A program made the translations under genes and the position numbers. A stretch of DNA of 64,000 nucleotides, from assembly GCA_035553475.1 (NCBI GenBank), contig DATNDQ010000035.1, positions 7,075 to 71,074 on the forward strand. Reading direction: 5' to 3'. How positions within the stretch are numbered: position 1 is the first letter of the stretch; every line of letters starts with the position of its first letter. Origin of the DNA: Gemmatimonadales bacterium. Lineage in GTDB: Bacteria; Gemmatimonadota; Gemmatimonadetes; Gemmatimonadales; GWC2-71-9. The notes below the pieces were generated by a model that made no database searches, was not told the DNA's origin, and worked only from the letters and a program-made list of their open reading frames with translations. Of the stretch, positions 27,015 to 36,526 are shown piece after piece.

Positions 27015-28012
27015 TTCGCCTGCGCCGGCTCCGTGCGTCCCCGGGGCTTCGGAACCTGGTGCGGGAAACGCGACTCGATCCCGCTCAGCTCATCTATCCG
27101 CTGTTCGTCACCGCGGCGTCGAACGAGCCACATCCGATCGCGTCCATGCCCGGTGTGTCACAGTGGCCAATCGCGCAGGTCGCCGCTCAGGCTGAGGCCG
27201 CGTATCGCGCGGGGCTCGGCGCGATTCTGCTCTTCGGCATTCCGCGCACCAAGGATGCGACCGGCACCGGGAGCTTCGACGACCACGGCGTGATCCAGGA
27301 CGCGGTGCGTGCGATCAAGATGGCGGTCCCCGATCTGCCGGTGATCACCGACGTCTGCCTGTGCGAATACACCGACCACGGCCATTGCGGGGTGCTGAAC
27401 GGCGCCGGGAAGGGGCGGGCGCATCCCGAGCTTCCCGAAGGCTACGTCTTGAACGACGAGAGCGTGGAGATTCTCAAGCGTGTCGCGGTCTCGCACGCGC
27501 GGGCGGGCGCGGACGTGGTAGCACCATCCGCCATGCTCGACGGGATGGTCTCCGGGATTCGCGCGGCGCTCGATCAGAGCGCGTTTGGCCACGTGCCGGT
27601 GCTCTCGTATTCCGCGAAGTTCGCGTCCGCCTTCTACGGCCCCTTTCGCGAGGCGGGCGGGGGAGCGCCGAGGCAGGGGGACCGGCAGTCACACCAGCTC
27701 GATATCGCGAACGGACGCGAGGCACTCCGGGAGTCCGCGGTCGACGTGGACGAGGGGGCCGATCTCCTGATGGTGAAGCCGGCGCTCGCGTACCTGGACG
27801 TGCTTCGCGATACGCGGGTGCGCTTTCCCGATCATCCGCTGGTCGCCTACAACGTCAGTGGTGAGTACGCGATGGTGAAAGCCGCGGCGGAGCGCGGATG
27901 GCTCGACGAGCGCCGGGCGGTGCTGGAACACCTGACGGCGATGCGCCGGGCCGGTGCCGATCTGATCATCACCTATCATGCGCGCGACGCCGCGCGATGG
28001 CTGACGGAGTAG
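27011..28012 (+). CDS. hemB: porphobilinogen synthase (ALA dehydratase), Zn-type
   Basis: 333 aa. A Cys-rich Zn site (DVCLCEYTDHGHCG) and an active-site Lys region (LMVKPALAYLD) are present. A GTGA overlap links it to hemD. Confidence 0.92.
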   Translation: MIRLRRLRASPGLRNLVRETRLDPAQLIYPLFVTAASNEPHPIASMPGVSQWPIAQVAAQAEAAYRAGLGAILLFGIPRTKDATGTGSFDDHGVIQDAVRAIKMAVPDLPVITDVCLCEYTDHGHCGVLNGAGKGRAHPELPEGYVLNDESVEILKRVAVSHARAGADVVAPSAMLDGMVSGIRAALDQSAFGHVPVLSYSAKFASAFYGPFREAGGGAPRQGDRQSHQLDIANGREALRESAVDVDEGADLLMVKPALAYLDVLRDTRVRFPDHPLVAYNVSGEYAMVKAAAERGWLDERRAVLEHLTAMRRAGADLIITYHARDAARWLTE

Positions 28013-28016
28013 CCCC

Positions 28017-28706
28017 ATGGCCGAAGAAACCCACCGGACCTTCAATCATTTCTCCCTCCTGCGGTTCGACGCGCAGTACTGGAGGCAGGAGCCAAAGGTC
28101 CGCCGTCAGGCGGTCGGTACGGCCCTGGAGGTCCTTCGGGGAGGAGTTGACGCCCTTCATCTATATCAGACGTTCGGGGTCGAGGCGGGCACCGATCTCC
28201 TGGTCTGGTCTGCCGTGGATGACGGAGATCCGGCGGTCCCCGCTCGCTTCTTCCCGCACCTGGGGCGGGCGTTGGCTCCGATCCGTGAGCTCATCACCCT
28301 GACCACGGCGCTCTGGGGCTTCACGCAACCGTCGCAGTACACCAAGACCAGGAGCCGACAGGAGATCGATCCGTTCACCGCGGAGCGGTCACCGTACCTC
28401 GTGATGTATCCGTTCACGAAGACCTCCGACTGGTATCAGAAGAGCCGGGAGGAGCGGCGCGACATCATGCTGGAGCACATCAAGCTCGGGAAACAGTACG
28501 AAGACATCACTCAGCTGCTCCTCTATTCCACCGGACTTCAGGACCAGGAGTTCGTGGTGGTGTACGAAACGGCCGATCTGACGCGTTTCTCGAATCTGGT
28601 GACGGAGCTCCGCAGTACACAGGGAAGGCCCTTCACCGAACGGGACACTCCGCTGCATGCCGCCGTCCATCAGGTCGACTGGAGCACCGCCTCGCAATGG
28701 CTGTGA
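28017..28706 (+). CDS. hemQ: chlorite-dismutase-family coproheme decarboxylase (HemQ/ChdC)
   Basis: 229 aa with a Dyp/Cld-like fold sequence (..YLVMYPFTKTSDWYQKSREERRDIMLEHIKLG..EFVVVYETADL..). It sits between hemB and hemE in the heme operon. Confidence 0.8.
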   Translation: MAEETHRTFNHFSLLRFDAQYWRQEPKVRRQAVGTALEVLRGGVDALHLYQTFGVEAGTDLLVWSAVDDGDPAVPARFFPHLGRALAPIRELITLTTALWGFTQPSQYTKTRSRQEIDPFTAERSPYLVMYPFTKTSDWYQKSREERRDIMLEHIKLGKQYEDITQLLLYSTGLQDQEFVVVYETADLTRFSNLVTELRSTQGRPFTERDTPLHAAVHQVDWSTASQWL

Positions 28707-29740
28707 CCGTTCCCAGCACCTCCACACTGCTCGCCGCGGCGCGGCGCGAACCTGGCCGCTCGACGCCGGTCTGGTTCATGCGCCAGGCCGGGCGGTATCT
28801 CCCCGAGTACCGCGCGATTCGCGAAAAGCATTCCTTGCTCGAGATCTGCGCCAACCCGCAGCTGGCCACCGAGGTCACGCTGCAACCCGTGTGGCGGTTG
28901 GGAGTGGACGCCGCGATCGTCTTCGCCGATATCCTCCTGCCGCTGGTCCCGATGGGGCTCGATCTCGCCTTCGTGGAGGGCGAAGGGCCCGTCTTGCGAA
29001 ACCGCATCCGCGGTCCGGCCGATGTCACCCGCCTGGTGGACATCAACGTGGCCAATGCGCTCGCCCCGGTGGCCGAGACGGTGAGGCTGGTGCGGGGGGC
29101 CTTGCCGCCGGCCATTCCGGTCATCGGATTTGCCGGGGCGCCGTTCACGGTTGCTTCGTACGCGATCGAGGGTGGGTCGTCCCGTCACTTCGTCGAGACC
29201 AAGCGGTTGATGTACGAGCATCCGGACGCCTGGAACGCATTGCTCTCCAAACTGGTGCGGGTGCTGGGGGAGTACCTCGCCGCGCAGGTGGGGGCAGGGG
29301 CCGAAATCCTTCAGGTCTTCGACAGCTGGGTCGGCGTGCTGAACGCGGACGATTATCGACGCTACGTCCTCCCCCATACCCGCGCCTTGTTTACCCAGCT
29401 GGGCCTCCTCGGTGTACCGGTGATCCACTTCGGTGTGAACACGGGTGAGTTGCTGCCCCTGCTCGTGCAGGCGGGGGGGGACGTCATCGGCCTGGACTGG
29501 CGGATCGGTCTCGATGACGGATGGAAACGCATCGGGTTCGACCATGGAGTGCAGGGGAACCTGGACCCCGTCGCGCTGTTCGCCCCGCCTGCCGAGCTCG
29601 AGGCGCGGGTCCACGACATCATCGCGCGGGCCGAGGGTCGTCCGGGGCACATCTTCAACCTTGGCCACGGGGTCTTGCCGACGACGCCCGTCGATGCCGT
29701 ACGCCGGGTCGTGGACCTGGTACACACGCTGACGGCATGA
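28697..29740 (+). CDS. hemE: uroporphyrinogen decarboxylase
   Basis: 347 aa with the URO-D signature PVWFMRQAGRYLPEYR. It overlaps hemQ by 10 nt. Confidence 0.92.
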   Translation: MAVTVPSTSTLLAAARREPGRSTPVWFMRQAGRYLPEYRAIREKHSLLEICANPQLATEVTLQPVWRLGVDAAIVFADILLPLVPMGLDLAFVEGEGPVLRNRIRGPADVTRLVDINVANALAPVAETVRLVRGALPPAIPVIGFAGAPFTVASYAIEGGSSRHFVETKRLMYEHPDAWNALLSKLVRVLGEYLAAQVGAGAEILQVFDSWVGVLNADDYRRYVLPHTRALFTQLGLLGVPVIHFGVNTGELLPLLVQAGGDVIGLDWRIGLDDGWKRIGFDHGVQGNLDPVALFAPPAELEARVHDIIARAEGRPGHIFNLGHGVLPTTPVDAVRRVVDLVHTLTA

Positions 29741-30666
29741 GCGAGTCGTTCGGCGTTCTCGTCATGGCGTACGGAGGCCCCGATGCATTGAGCGACGTCG
29801 AGCCCTATCTGCTCGACGTTCGAGGGCACCGGCCCACACCGGGCCACGTCGTGGAGGAAGTCCGAAGCCGCTACGCCGCGATCGGCGGGAGATCGCCCAT
29901 TCTCGAACGCACGCGGGCCCAGGCGCGGGGACTGCAGGAGGCCCTGACGGCGCGGGGCCGGTCCGTGCCGGTGGCCGTCGGAATGCGGCACTGGAAGCCG
30001 CGGATCGCCGCCGGACTCGACCAGCTTCGGGCCCGTGGGGTCGAGCACGTGGTAGGACTCGTTATGGCGCCGCACTACTCCCGGATGTCCGTCGAGCTCT
30101 ACTTCCGGAAGGTCGACGAGGATCTGCAAGCGCTCTCGTTCGTTGGCATTGCGGATTGGCATCTGCTCCCCGGATACGTCACCGCGGCCGCGGATCGCGT
30201 GCGGGACGCACTGGAGCGCTTTCCGGCGGACTCCCGCCACGACATCCCGGTCATCTTCTCGGCCCACAGCCTGCCGCAGCGCATTCTTGAGGCCGGGGAT
30301 CCATATCCCGATCAGCTGGCGGCGTCCATGCGGGCCATCGTCGCACGACTCGGAAACGGCGGGCTCCGCCACCTGTTCGCGTTTCAATCGGCGGCCCTGA
30401 CCCCGGACCCGTGGCTCGGGCCTGACGTGGGGACGGTCCTGAAGCAGCTGGCCGATGCCGGGGAACGCAACGTCGTTGTCGCGCCCATCGGCTTCACGTG
30501 CGAGCACGTGGAAGTGCTCTACGACCTCGATGTGGAGCTGAGGCGCCAAGCCGGGGAGCTGGGAGTGCACCTCGAGCGGGCGGGCATGGTCAACGACGAC
30601 CCGCTCATGATGGCGGGGCTGGCCGATCTGGTGCTCGATGCTGCGCGACGCGAGGGGTGGTCATGA
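29737..30666 (+). CDS. hemH: ferrochelatase (probably coproporphyrin ferrochelatase, CpfC)
   Basis: 309 aa from ATG 29737 (ATGA overlap), with VLVMAYGGPD, FSAHSLPQRIL and GFTCEHVEVLYDLD. Confidence 0.9.
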   Translation: MSESFGVLVMAYGGPDALSDVEPYLLDVRGHRPTPGHVVEEVRSRYAAIGGRSPILERTRAQARGLQEALTARGRSVPVAVGMRHWKPRIAAGLDQLRARGVEHVVGLVMAPHYSRMSVELYFRKVDEDLQALSFVGIADWHLLPGYVTAAADRVRDALERFPADSRHDIPVIFSAHSLPQRILEAGDPYPDQLAASMRAIVARLGNGGLRHLFAFQSAALTPDPWLGPDVGTVLKQLADAGERNVVVAPIGFTCEHVEVLYDLDVELRRQAGELGVHLERAGMVNDDPLMMAGLADLVLDAARREGWS

Positions 30667-32030
30667 CGCACGTGGCGGTGATTGGGGGGGGCATCGCCGG
30701 CCTCGCGGCTGCGCAGCGACTGGTCGAGGCGCAGGTCTCCTGCACCGTGATCGAGCGGGATCATCGGCCCGGCGGGAAGATCGTCAGCCGGTTGGTTGGG
30801 GGCTTCCTGGTGGAGGGTGGCCCCGACTGTTTCCTCTCGTCCAAGCCCGGGGCCGTCGCATTGGCGCGGTCTCTCGGGATCGACGGTCTCCTCCAGGGGA
30901 CTGACCCCGCGCACCGTGGGACGTTCGTCAAGCGTCAGGGCCGCCTCCACCCGCTTCCGGAGGGCATCACCGGACTCGTTCCGTCGCGCATCGCTCCGTT
31001 GCTTACCACCCGCCTCCTCTCTCCCGCCGGCCGGATCCGGGCGGGACTCGAGGCATTCGTGCCACGTGGCGGGGGCGGGGATGAGAGCATCGCCCAGTTC
31101 GCGTCCCGGCGGTTCGGGCTCGAAGCCTATCAGTGGGTCGTGGAGCCGCTGCTTTCGGGAGTCTACGCCGGAGATGGGGAGCGGCTCTCGCTGTCGGCGA
31201 CCTTCCCCCAACTCGCGCGCGCGGAACGCGATGCGGGAGGGGTGCTGCGTTCGACCTGGCGGAAGCGCGGTGGCCCGCCGGGAGAGCGGGGTGGATTCCT
31301 GTCGTTTCCGGACGGCGTCGAGCAGTTGGTCCGTTCGACGGTGGCCAGACTTCCGGCCCAGACCCTGCAGCTGGGCGTCGGTGTGCGGAACGTCACGATG
31401 GAGGGCGGCACCTTCCGCATCCGGTGCGACGACGGAAACACCAACGCCTTCGACCAGGTCATTCTCGCCACCCCGGCATATGTCACTGCCGAGCTCGTCG
31501 AGGATCTGAATCCGTCACTCTCCATCGAGTTGTCCCGGATCCCCTTCGTGTCCTCGGCCACGGTCACGCTGGGCTACACCGACGCACCGGCATTCGGGGG
31601 ATCGGGGTACGTGTGCCCCCGGGCGGAAGGTGGAGCCGCGGTGGCGGTGACCTGGTCGTCCAACAAGTACCGGGGACGTGCCCCGGCCGGCGGTGCCTTG
31701 GTGCGGGTTTTCCTTGGGCGAGCGGGAGACGAAGGGTGGGTCGACGAAGCGGATGAGGCGCTGATCGCTGAGGCGCGCCGCGAACTGGAGAGGGTCTGTG
31801 GGGTCGTGCAGGAGCCGGCGCTGGCGCGGGTGTTCCGTTGGTCCCGGGGGCTTCCACAGTACGTGATCGGCCATCTCGACCGAATCGAGCGGATCACGGC
31901 CCTGTTGCACGGCGTGCCGGGTCTGCATGTCGCGGGAGCGTCGTACCGGGGAGTCGGCATCCCGGATTGCATCACCTCCGGATGGGCCGCCGCCGACCAG
32001 GTCCTTCGCTCCCTGCGGGTCCCCGTCTGA
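30663..32030 (+). CDS. hemY: HemY-type protoporphyrinogen/coproporphyrinogen III oxidase (CgoX)
   Basis: 455 aa from ATG 30663 (ATGA overlap). It has the FAD fingerprint [14 protein letters not shown] and the C-terminal motif [13 protein letters not shown]. Confidence 0.88.
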   Translation: MTHVAVIGGGIAGLAAAQRLVEAQVSCTVIERDHRPGGKIVSRLVGGFLVEGGPDCFLSSKPGAVALARSLGIDGLLQGTDPAHRGTFVKRQGRLHPLPEGITGLVPSRIAPLLTTRLLSPAGRIRAGLEAFVPRGGGGDESIAQFASRRFGLEAYQWVVEPLLSGVYAGDGERLSLSATFPQLARAERDAGGVLRSTWRKRGGPPGERGGFLSFPDGVEQLVRSTVARLPAQTLQLGVGVRNVTMEGGTFRIRCDDGNTNAFDQVILATPAYVTAELVEDLNPSLSIELSRIPFVSSATVTLGYTDAPAFGGSGYVCPRAEGGAAVAVTWSSNKYRGRAPAGGALVRVFLGRAGDEGWVDEADEALIAEARRELERVCGVVQEPALARVFRWSRGLPQYVIGHLDRIERITALLHGVPGLHVAGASYRGVGIPDCITSGWAAADQVLRSLRVPV

Positions 32031-33310
32031 CCCACTCTCGTTCGGCGCTCCTCTTTGAACGGGCGCAGAGACTGTTTCCGGGAGGCGTGAACTCTCCTGT
32101 CCGTGCCTTTCGCGCGGTAGGCGGGCAGCCCGTGTTTCTCGCTCGCGGTTCGGGTGCCACGGTGCAAGACGTCGACGGACGGAGCTACATCGACTACGTC
32201 CTGTCGTGGGGTCCGCTGATCCTCGGCCACGCGCATCCGTTGGTGGTGCGCGCGGTGCAGCAGGCGGCACTCGAGGGCACCAGTTTCGGCGCGCCGAACC
32301 CCCGCGAAGTCGAGCTTGGGGAGCTGATCAAGAAACGGATGCCCGCCCTCGAGCTGATGCGGTTCGTAAACTCGGGCACGGAAGCGGTGATGAGCGCGTT
32401 GCGCGTCGCGCGCGCGTTCACCGGCCGCTCCAAGATTCTCAAGTTTGAAGGCTGTTACCATGGACACGCGGACGGCCTCCTGGTGAAGGCGGGGTCCGGC
32501 GTCGCCACCTTGGCGCTTCCTGACTCGCCGGGCGTACCCAGCGCGACGGCCGCCGACACGCTGGTGGTGCCGTACAACGACCTGCCGGCGGTAGACCGGA
32601 TAATGAAGGAACATGGCAAGACCATTGCCGCGGTCATCGTCGAGCCGGTGGCGGGGAACATGGGCGTGGTTCCGCCCGGGCCCGGATTCCTCGAAGGACT
32701 TCGGGATCTCACGCGGTCGGCCGGCGCCTTGTTGATCTTCGATGAGGTGATGACCGGATTTCGCGCGCATCCGTCGGGCGTGCAGGGGATGACGGGTGTC
32801 ACGCCCGACGTCACCACGCTCGGCAAGATCATCGGCGGTGGCTTGCCCGTGGGAGCCTACGGCGGCCGCCGTGAGGTCATGGAGCTCGTAGCGCCAGCCG
32901 GTCCCGTGTATCAGGCCGGCACGCTCTCCGGAAATCCGCTGGCGATGGCCGCCGGGCTCGCGACGCTCGCTGAGCTCGGTCGCCCCGGCGTCTGGGATGC
33001 CATCGCCAAGACCACCGCGGACCTCGTCGAGGGCCTGAACCAGGCGGCGCAATCGGCCGGCGTACCCTGCGCCGTCAACCGGGTGGGCGCGATGTTCACT
33101 CTGTTCTTCACCGATCACCCGGTCCGCAGCTGGGGTGAGGCTCGGCGCTCCGATGTGGGCCGTTTCGGAGCGTTCTTCAGATCGCTCCTGCAGGACGGCG
33201 TGTACTGGGTGCCTTCGCAGTTCGAGGCCGCCTTCCTGTCCGCCGCGCACGGCCAAGGCGAAATCGACCGAACGGTGGATGCGGCTCGCCGGGCGCTGCG
33301 CGCCATCTGA
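31982..33310 (+). CDS. hemL: glutamate-1-semialdehyde 2,1-aminomutase (start uncertain: ATG 31982 or CTG 32027)
   Basis: It contains [11 protein letters not shown] and a PLP-Lys region ([17 protein letters not shown]). The only in-frame canonical start is ATG 31982, which overlaps hemY by 49 nt. A CTG at 32027 would form a CTGA junction and give a typical N-terminal length. Confidence 0.88.
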   Translation: MGRRRPGPSLPAGPRLTHSRSALLFERAQRLFPGGVNSPVRAFRAVGGQPVFLARGSGATVQDVDGRSYIDYVLSWGPLILGHAHPLVVRAVQQAALEGTSFGAPNPREVELGELIKKRMPALELMRFVNSGTEAVMSALRVARAFTGRSKILKFEGCYHGHADGLLVKAGSGVATLALPDSPGVPSATAADTLVVPYNDLPAVDRIMKEHGKTIAAVIVEPVAGNMGVVPPGPGFLEGLRDLTRSAGALLIFDEVMTGFRAHPSGVQGMTGVTPDVTTLGKIIGGGLPVGAYGGRREVMELVAPAGPVYQAGTLSGNPLAMAAGLATLAELGRPGVWDAIAKTTADLVEGLNQAAQSAGVPCAVNRVGAMFTLFFTDHPVRSWGEARRSDVGRFGAFFRSLLQDGVYWVPSQFEAAFLSAAHGQGEIDRTVDAARRALRAI

Positions 33311-33352
33311 CGCCTACCTGACGGACGAAGCGACGTCCGGTCCGGCTGACAT

Positions 33353-33358
33353 TAGATT
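33353..33358 (+). promoter_or_regulatory. -10-like hexamer TAGATT 6 nt upstream of the ATG (possible leaderless transcript)
   Basis: TAGATT-cgccgc-ATG(33365); no Shine-Dalgarno sequence. Confidence 0.45.
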
Positions 33359-33364
33359 CGCCGC

Positions 33365-34030
33365 ATGCGCGTACTCGTGGTCGAGGACGATCCCCAGCTC
33401 GCCGCACTCCTTCGCGAGGGATTGCGGGAGCAGCGGATCGATCCGGTTCTCGCAACGACGTTCGCCGAGGGACTCGAACGGGGCAGGGGCACCGATTTCG
33501 ACGTCGTGATCCTCGATGTCCGGCTCCCTGGCGGCACGGGATTCGACCTCTGCCGGCGCCTGCGGGATGAGGGCGTCGCGGCGCCCGTCCTGATGCTGAC
33601 CGCACTCGACGCCGTCGACGATCGCGTCCGCGGTCTGGAGGCGGGGGCGGACGACTATCTCACCAAGCCCTTCGACTTCCGCGAGCTCGTCGCACGGATC
33701 AAGGCCCTGGCCCGTCGCCGCCCGTCGGTCGCCCCGGCCGTTCACAAGATTGCCGACCTGACCGTCGACCTCTCTGCGCGCACGGTCTCGCGCGCGGGCA
33801 AGGCGATCACCCTCACGGTCAAGGAATTCGCGCTTCTCGAGCTCTTCGTACTGCACACGGGTGCGGTGGTGGACCGGGCGGCGATCACGGCGCACGTCTG
33901 GGATGACAACCACGATCCATTCGCCAATGTGCTCGACGTCCTGATCCGGCGGCTCCGCGCGAAGATCGACGATCCGTTCACCCCCAAGCTGATCGCCACC
34001 GTTCGTGGGGCCGGATACCGCCTCGGATGA
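33365..34030 (+). CDS. OmpR-family response regulator
   Basis: 221 aa with a REC domain (MRVLVVEDDPQL..VVILDVRLPG..) and a winged-helix domain (LTVKEFALLELFVLHTG..VRGAGYRL). Confidence 0.9.
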   Translation: MRVLVVEDDPQLAALLREGLREQRIDPVLATTFAEGLERGRGTDFDVVILDVRLPGGTGFDLCRRLRDEGVAAPVLMLTALDAVDDRVRGLEAGADDYLTKPFDFRELVARIKALARRRPSVAPAVHKIADLTVDLSARTVSRAGKAITLTVKEFALLELFVLHTGAVVDRAAITAHVWDDNHDPFANVLDVLIRRLRAKIDDPFTPKLIATVRGAGYRLG

Positions 34031-35295
34031 AGCCGCTCACCCGCCTGCGGCTGCAGCTCACGCTGTGGTACGCCGGCGTCCTCATGCTCATTCTCCTGGT
34101 ACTGGGATTCGGACTCTTCCGCGCCATCCGGCACCAGATCTCCCGCCAGCTCGACCTGTCCCTCGAAGCGGCGGCCCACTCCCTCGAGCAGGCGGCGCGG
34201 GTTCGTGAGGTCGAGCGGGCCCAGACGCGCGGTCCGGTCGCCGACGCGGTGGAGGAGCTCCACATCCCCGATCGCACGCTCTACTTCTTCGATTCGGCAG
34301 GCGGCGCGATCATCCCGTCCACGGTGCCCCCTGAGATGGCCAGCGTGGCCCGGCGAGCGGCGCAGACGGGAAGTGTGAACCTGACGATCGACGGGCCCGG
34401 GGATCACGACACGCGCGTGCATGCCGAGCGGTTCACCGGAGGCGCGGGGACCGGGTACGTGGCGCTCGCCACCGCCGATCGCGTCGAGCTCGAAGACCAG
34501 TACGCTTCGCTCATCGAGACGCTCGCCGCCGGCGCCCTCGCCGCGCTGGTGCTGGTGGCCGCCGGCGGCTGGTTCCTGGTCCGGCAGTCCACCGCGCCTA
34601 TCGAACGCTCGATGGATCGCATGCGGCGGTTCATGGCCGATGCCGCGCACGAGCTGCGCACGCCCGTCACGATCCTGCGCACTCGCGCCGACCTCGCCCT
34701 CGATCAGGCCCGTGACCCCGAGCGGGACGCGGCTCTCCTGAAGGCCGTGGCGCGGGAAGCGGGGAGGATCGGGGCGATCGTCGGCGACTTGCTCACGCTG
34801 GCCCGAGCCGATGCGGGCGAACGTCCGTTGGCGCAGGAGCGCGTGTTTCTGGACGACCTGGCAGCGGATACGGTGAACGATCTGCGTCCCCTCGCCGACC
34901 GCCGCGGGGTGACGGTCGCCGTCGGGTCGTTCGAGGAATGCGCCGTCCGCGGGGATCCCGTCCCGTTGCGGCAGCTGCTTCGGATCCTCCTCGACAACGC
35001 GATCAAGTTCACGCCGGCGGGTGGGCGGGTACGCATCGATGCGGGTGTCGAGAACGGAACGCCGACGGTGCGGGTCGTGGATACCGGGATCGGGATTCCG
35101 GCTGACCAACTGCCGCACGTGTTCGAGCGCTTCTACCGCGGTGAGCATGCCCGTCGCGCCGGAGAAGGGAACGAGGGGGCCGGCCTGGGTCTCGCCATCG
35201 CGCGCTGGATCGCTGACGCCCATCAAGCGAGGATCGACATCTCCTCGAACGGCTCCGGTACCGAAGTCGTCGTGCGGTTTCCCGCCGAGGTGTAA
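34027..35295 (+). CDS. sensor histidine kinase (two TM segments, periplasmic loop, HisKA + HATPase_c)
   Basis: 422 aa with an H-box (FMADAAHELRTPVTIL), an N-box (LLDNAIKFTP) and G-boxes (VVDTGIGIP, GAGLGLAIARW). An ATGA overlap links it to the response regulator gene. Confidence 0.9.
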   Translation: MKPLTRLRLQLTLWYAGVLMLILLVLGFGLFRAIRHQISRQLDLSLEAAAHSLEQAARVREVERAQTRGPVADAVEELHIPDRTLYFFDSAGGAIIPSTVPPEMASVARRAAQTGSVNLTIDGPGDHDTRVHAERFTGGAGTGYVALATADRVELEDQYASLIETLAAGALAALVLVAAGGWFLVRQSTAPIERSMDRMRRFMADAAHELRTPVTILRTRADLALDQARDPERDAALLKAVAREAGRIGAIVGDLLTLARADAGERPLAQERVFLDDLAADTVNDLRPLADRRGVTVAVGSFEECAVRGDPVPLRQLLRILLDNAIKFTPAGGRVRIDAGVENGTPTVRVVDTGIGIPADQLPHVFERFYRGEHARRAGEGNEGAGLGLAIARWIADAHQARIDISSNGSGTEVVVRFPAEV

Positions 35296-35332
35296 GCCTC
35301 CCGTAAGGGGAAACGGGTAGCTTGCGGGCCCT

Positions 35333-36526
35333 ATGCGCCCGGTCCTGGTTTTCCCGTTGTTCCTCTGTTCCGCCCTACCGGCGCAGACGCCTCGCGCGGT
35401 GTCCCGTGCGGATGCGATCGCGCTCGCGGCGGCGCACGGACCACGCGCCGCCACCGCACGTGCCGACTCGGCCGCCGCGTACGGCGACCTCGCGGCCGCG
35501 CGGGCGTTCGCGAACCCTTCGTTCTCGGCCACCTACACGAAATCGGTACCGCGGTACCACTACATCTTCGATATACCGATCGATTGGCCGTGGCTGCGCG
35601 CGCCGCGCGTCGGCGCCGCCGGAGCGGGAGCGGAGGCGGCGCGTGCACGCTTCGCCTTCGAAGTCGCGGCGGTACGTTTCGACGCCGATACGGCCTACAC
35701 AGTCGCGCTCGCGGCCCAGGCTCATGCCCGGCTGTCCCGCCGGACGGCCGGCGACGCCGACTCACTCTTGCGGGTGGCGCGTCTCAGACGGGATGCCGGG
35801 GACGCGAGCGAGATGGATACTCGGCTGGCGGAGATCAACGCGGGGGAGCTGGCCAACAGCGCGGCCGAGGACTCGCTCGCGGCCGTCGCGGCGCTGGTGA
35901 ACCTGCAACTCGTCATGGGGCTTTCCGGTGACTCGGCCGTGGGGCTGAGCGATTCTCTCCAGTTTCCCGACACGGCCGGGGACCAGGTGCCCTCGGCACC
36001 GCTGTCGGTCCTCGAGGCGCAAGCTGAGCTGACGGCGGCTGAACGGTCGCTCACGTTCGCGAAATCCGCGAATCTCCTTTCCCCGAGCTTTCAGGTGGGT
36101 GTCGAACGGGGCGACCCGACCGGGTCGGAGCCCGGCGCGCTCCCGACCTTCGGAATTGCTCTTCCCCTGCCGCTCTTCAACTGGAATGGTGGCGCGATCA
36201 CGCGCGCGCGGGCCGAGCGGGACGCGGCGCAGATCCGTCTCGATGCGACGCGGCGCGCCGCGGCCGCCGAACGAGCCCGCGCGGTTGGAGAGCGTTCGGT
36301 GGCCCTGACCCGAGCCCACCGGGATGCGGGTCTGGTGGCGAGCGCGGATTCGGTGGCCGCGATGTTCCTCAAGGCCTACGGTGAGGGAGCCGTTTCCTTG
36401 CCAGAGGTACTGGAGGCGCAGCGCAACGCGCGTGAGGCCTTGGGCCGCTACGTGGACGATCTGGCGCTGGCCAATACGGCCGTAGGACTGGTCAAACTCC
36501 TCGATGCGACCCGGGAGCATCCGTGA
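35333..36526 (+). CDS. TolC/CzcC-family outer-membrane efflux protein
   Basis: 397 aa with a signal peptide and an OEP-type two-repeat helical sequence. It is the first gene of a three-gene efflux operon. Confidence 0.8.
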   Translation: MRPVLVFPLFLCSALPAQTPRAVSRADAIALAAAHGPRAATARADSAAAYGDLAAARAFANPSFSATYTKSVPRYHYIFDIPIDWPWLRAPRVGAAGAGAEAARARFAFEVAAVRFDADTAYTVALAAQAHARLSRRTAGDADSLLRVARLRRDAGDASEMDTRLAEINAGELANSAAEDSLAAVAALVNLQLVMGLSGDSAVGLSDSLQFPDTAGDQVPSAPLSVLEAQAELTAAERSLTFAKSANLLSPSFQVGVERGDPTGSEPGALPTFGIALPLPLFNWNGGAITRARAERDAAQIRLDATRRAAAAERARAVGERSVALTRAHRDAGLVASADSVAAMFLKAYGEGAVSLPEVLEAQRNAREALGRYVDDLALANTAVGLVKLLDATREHP

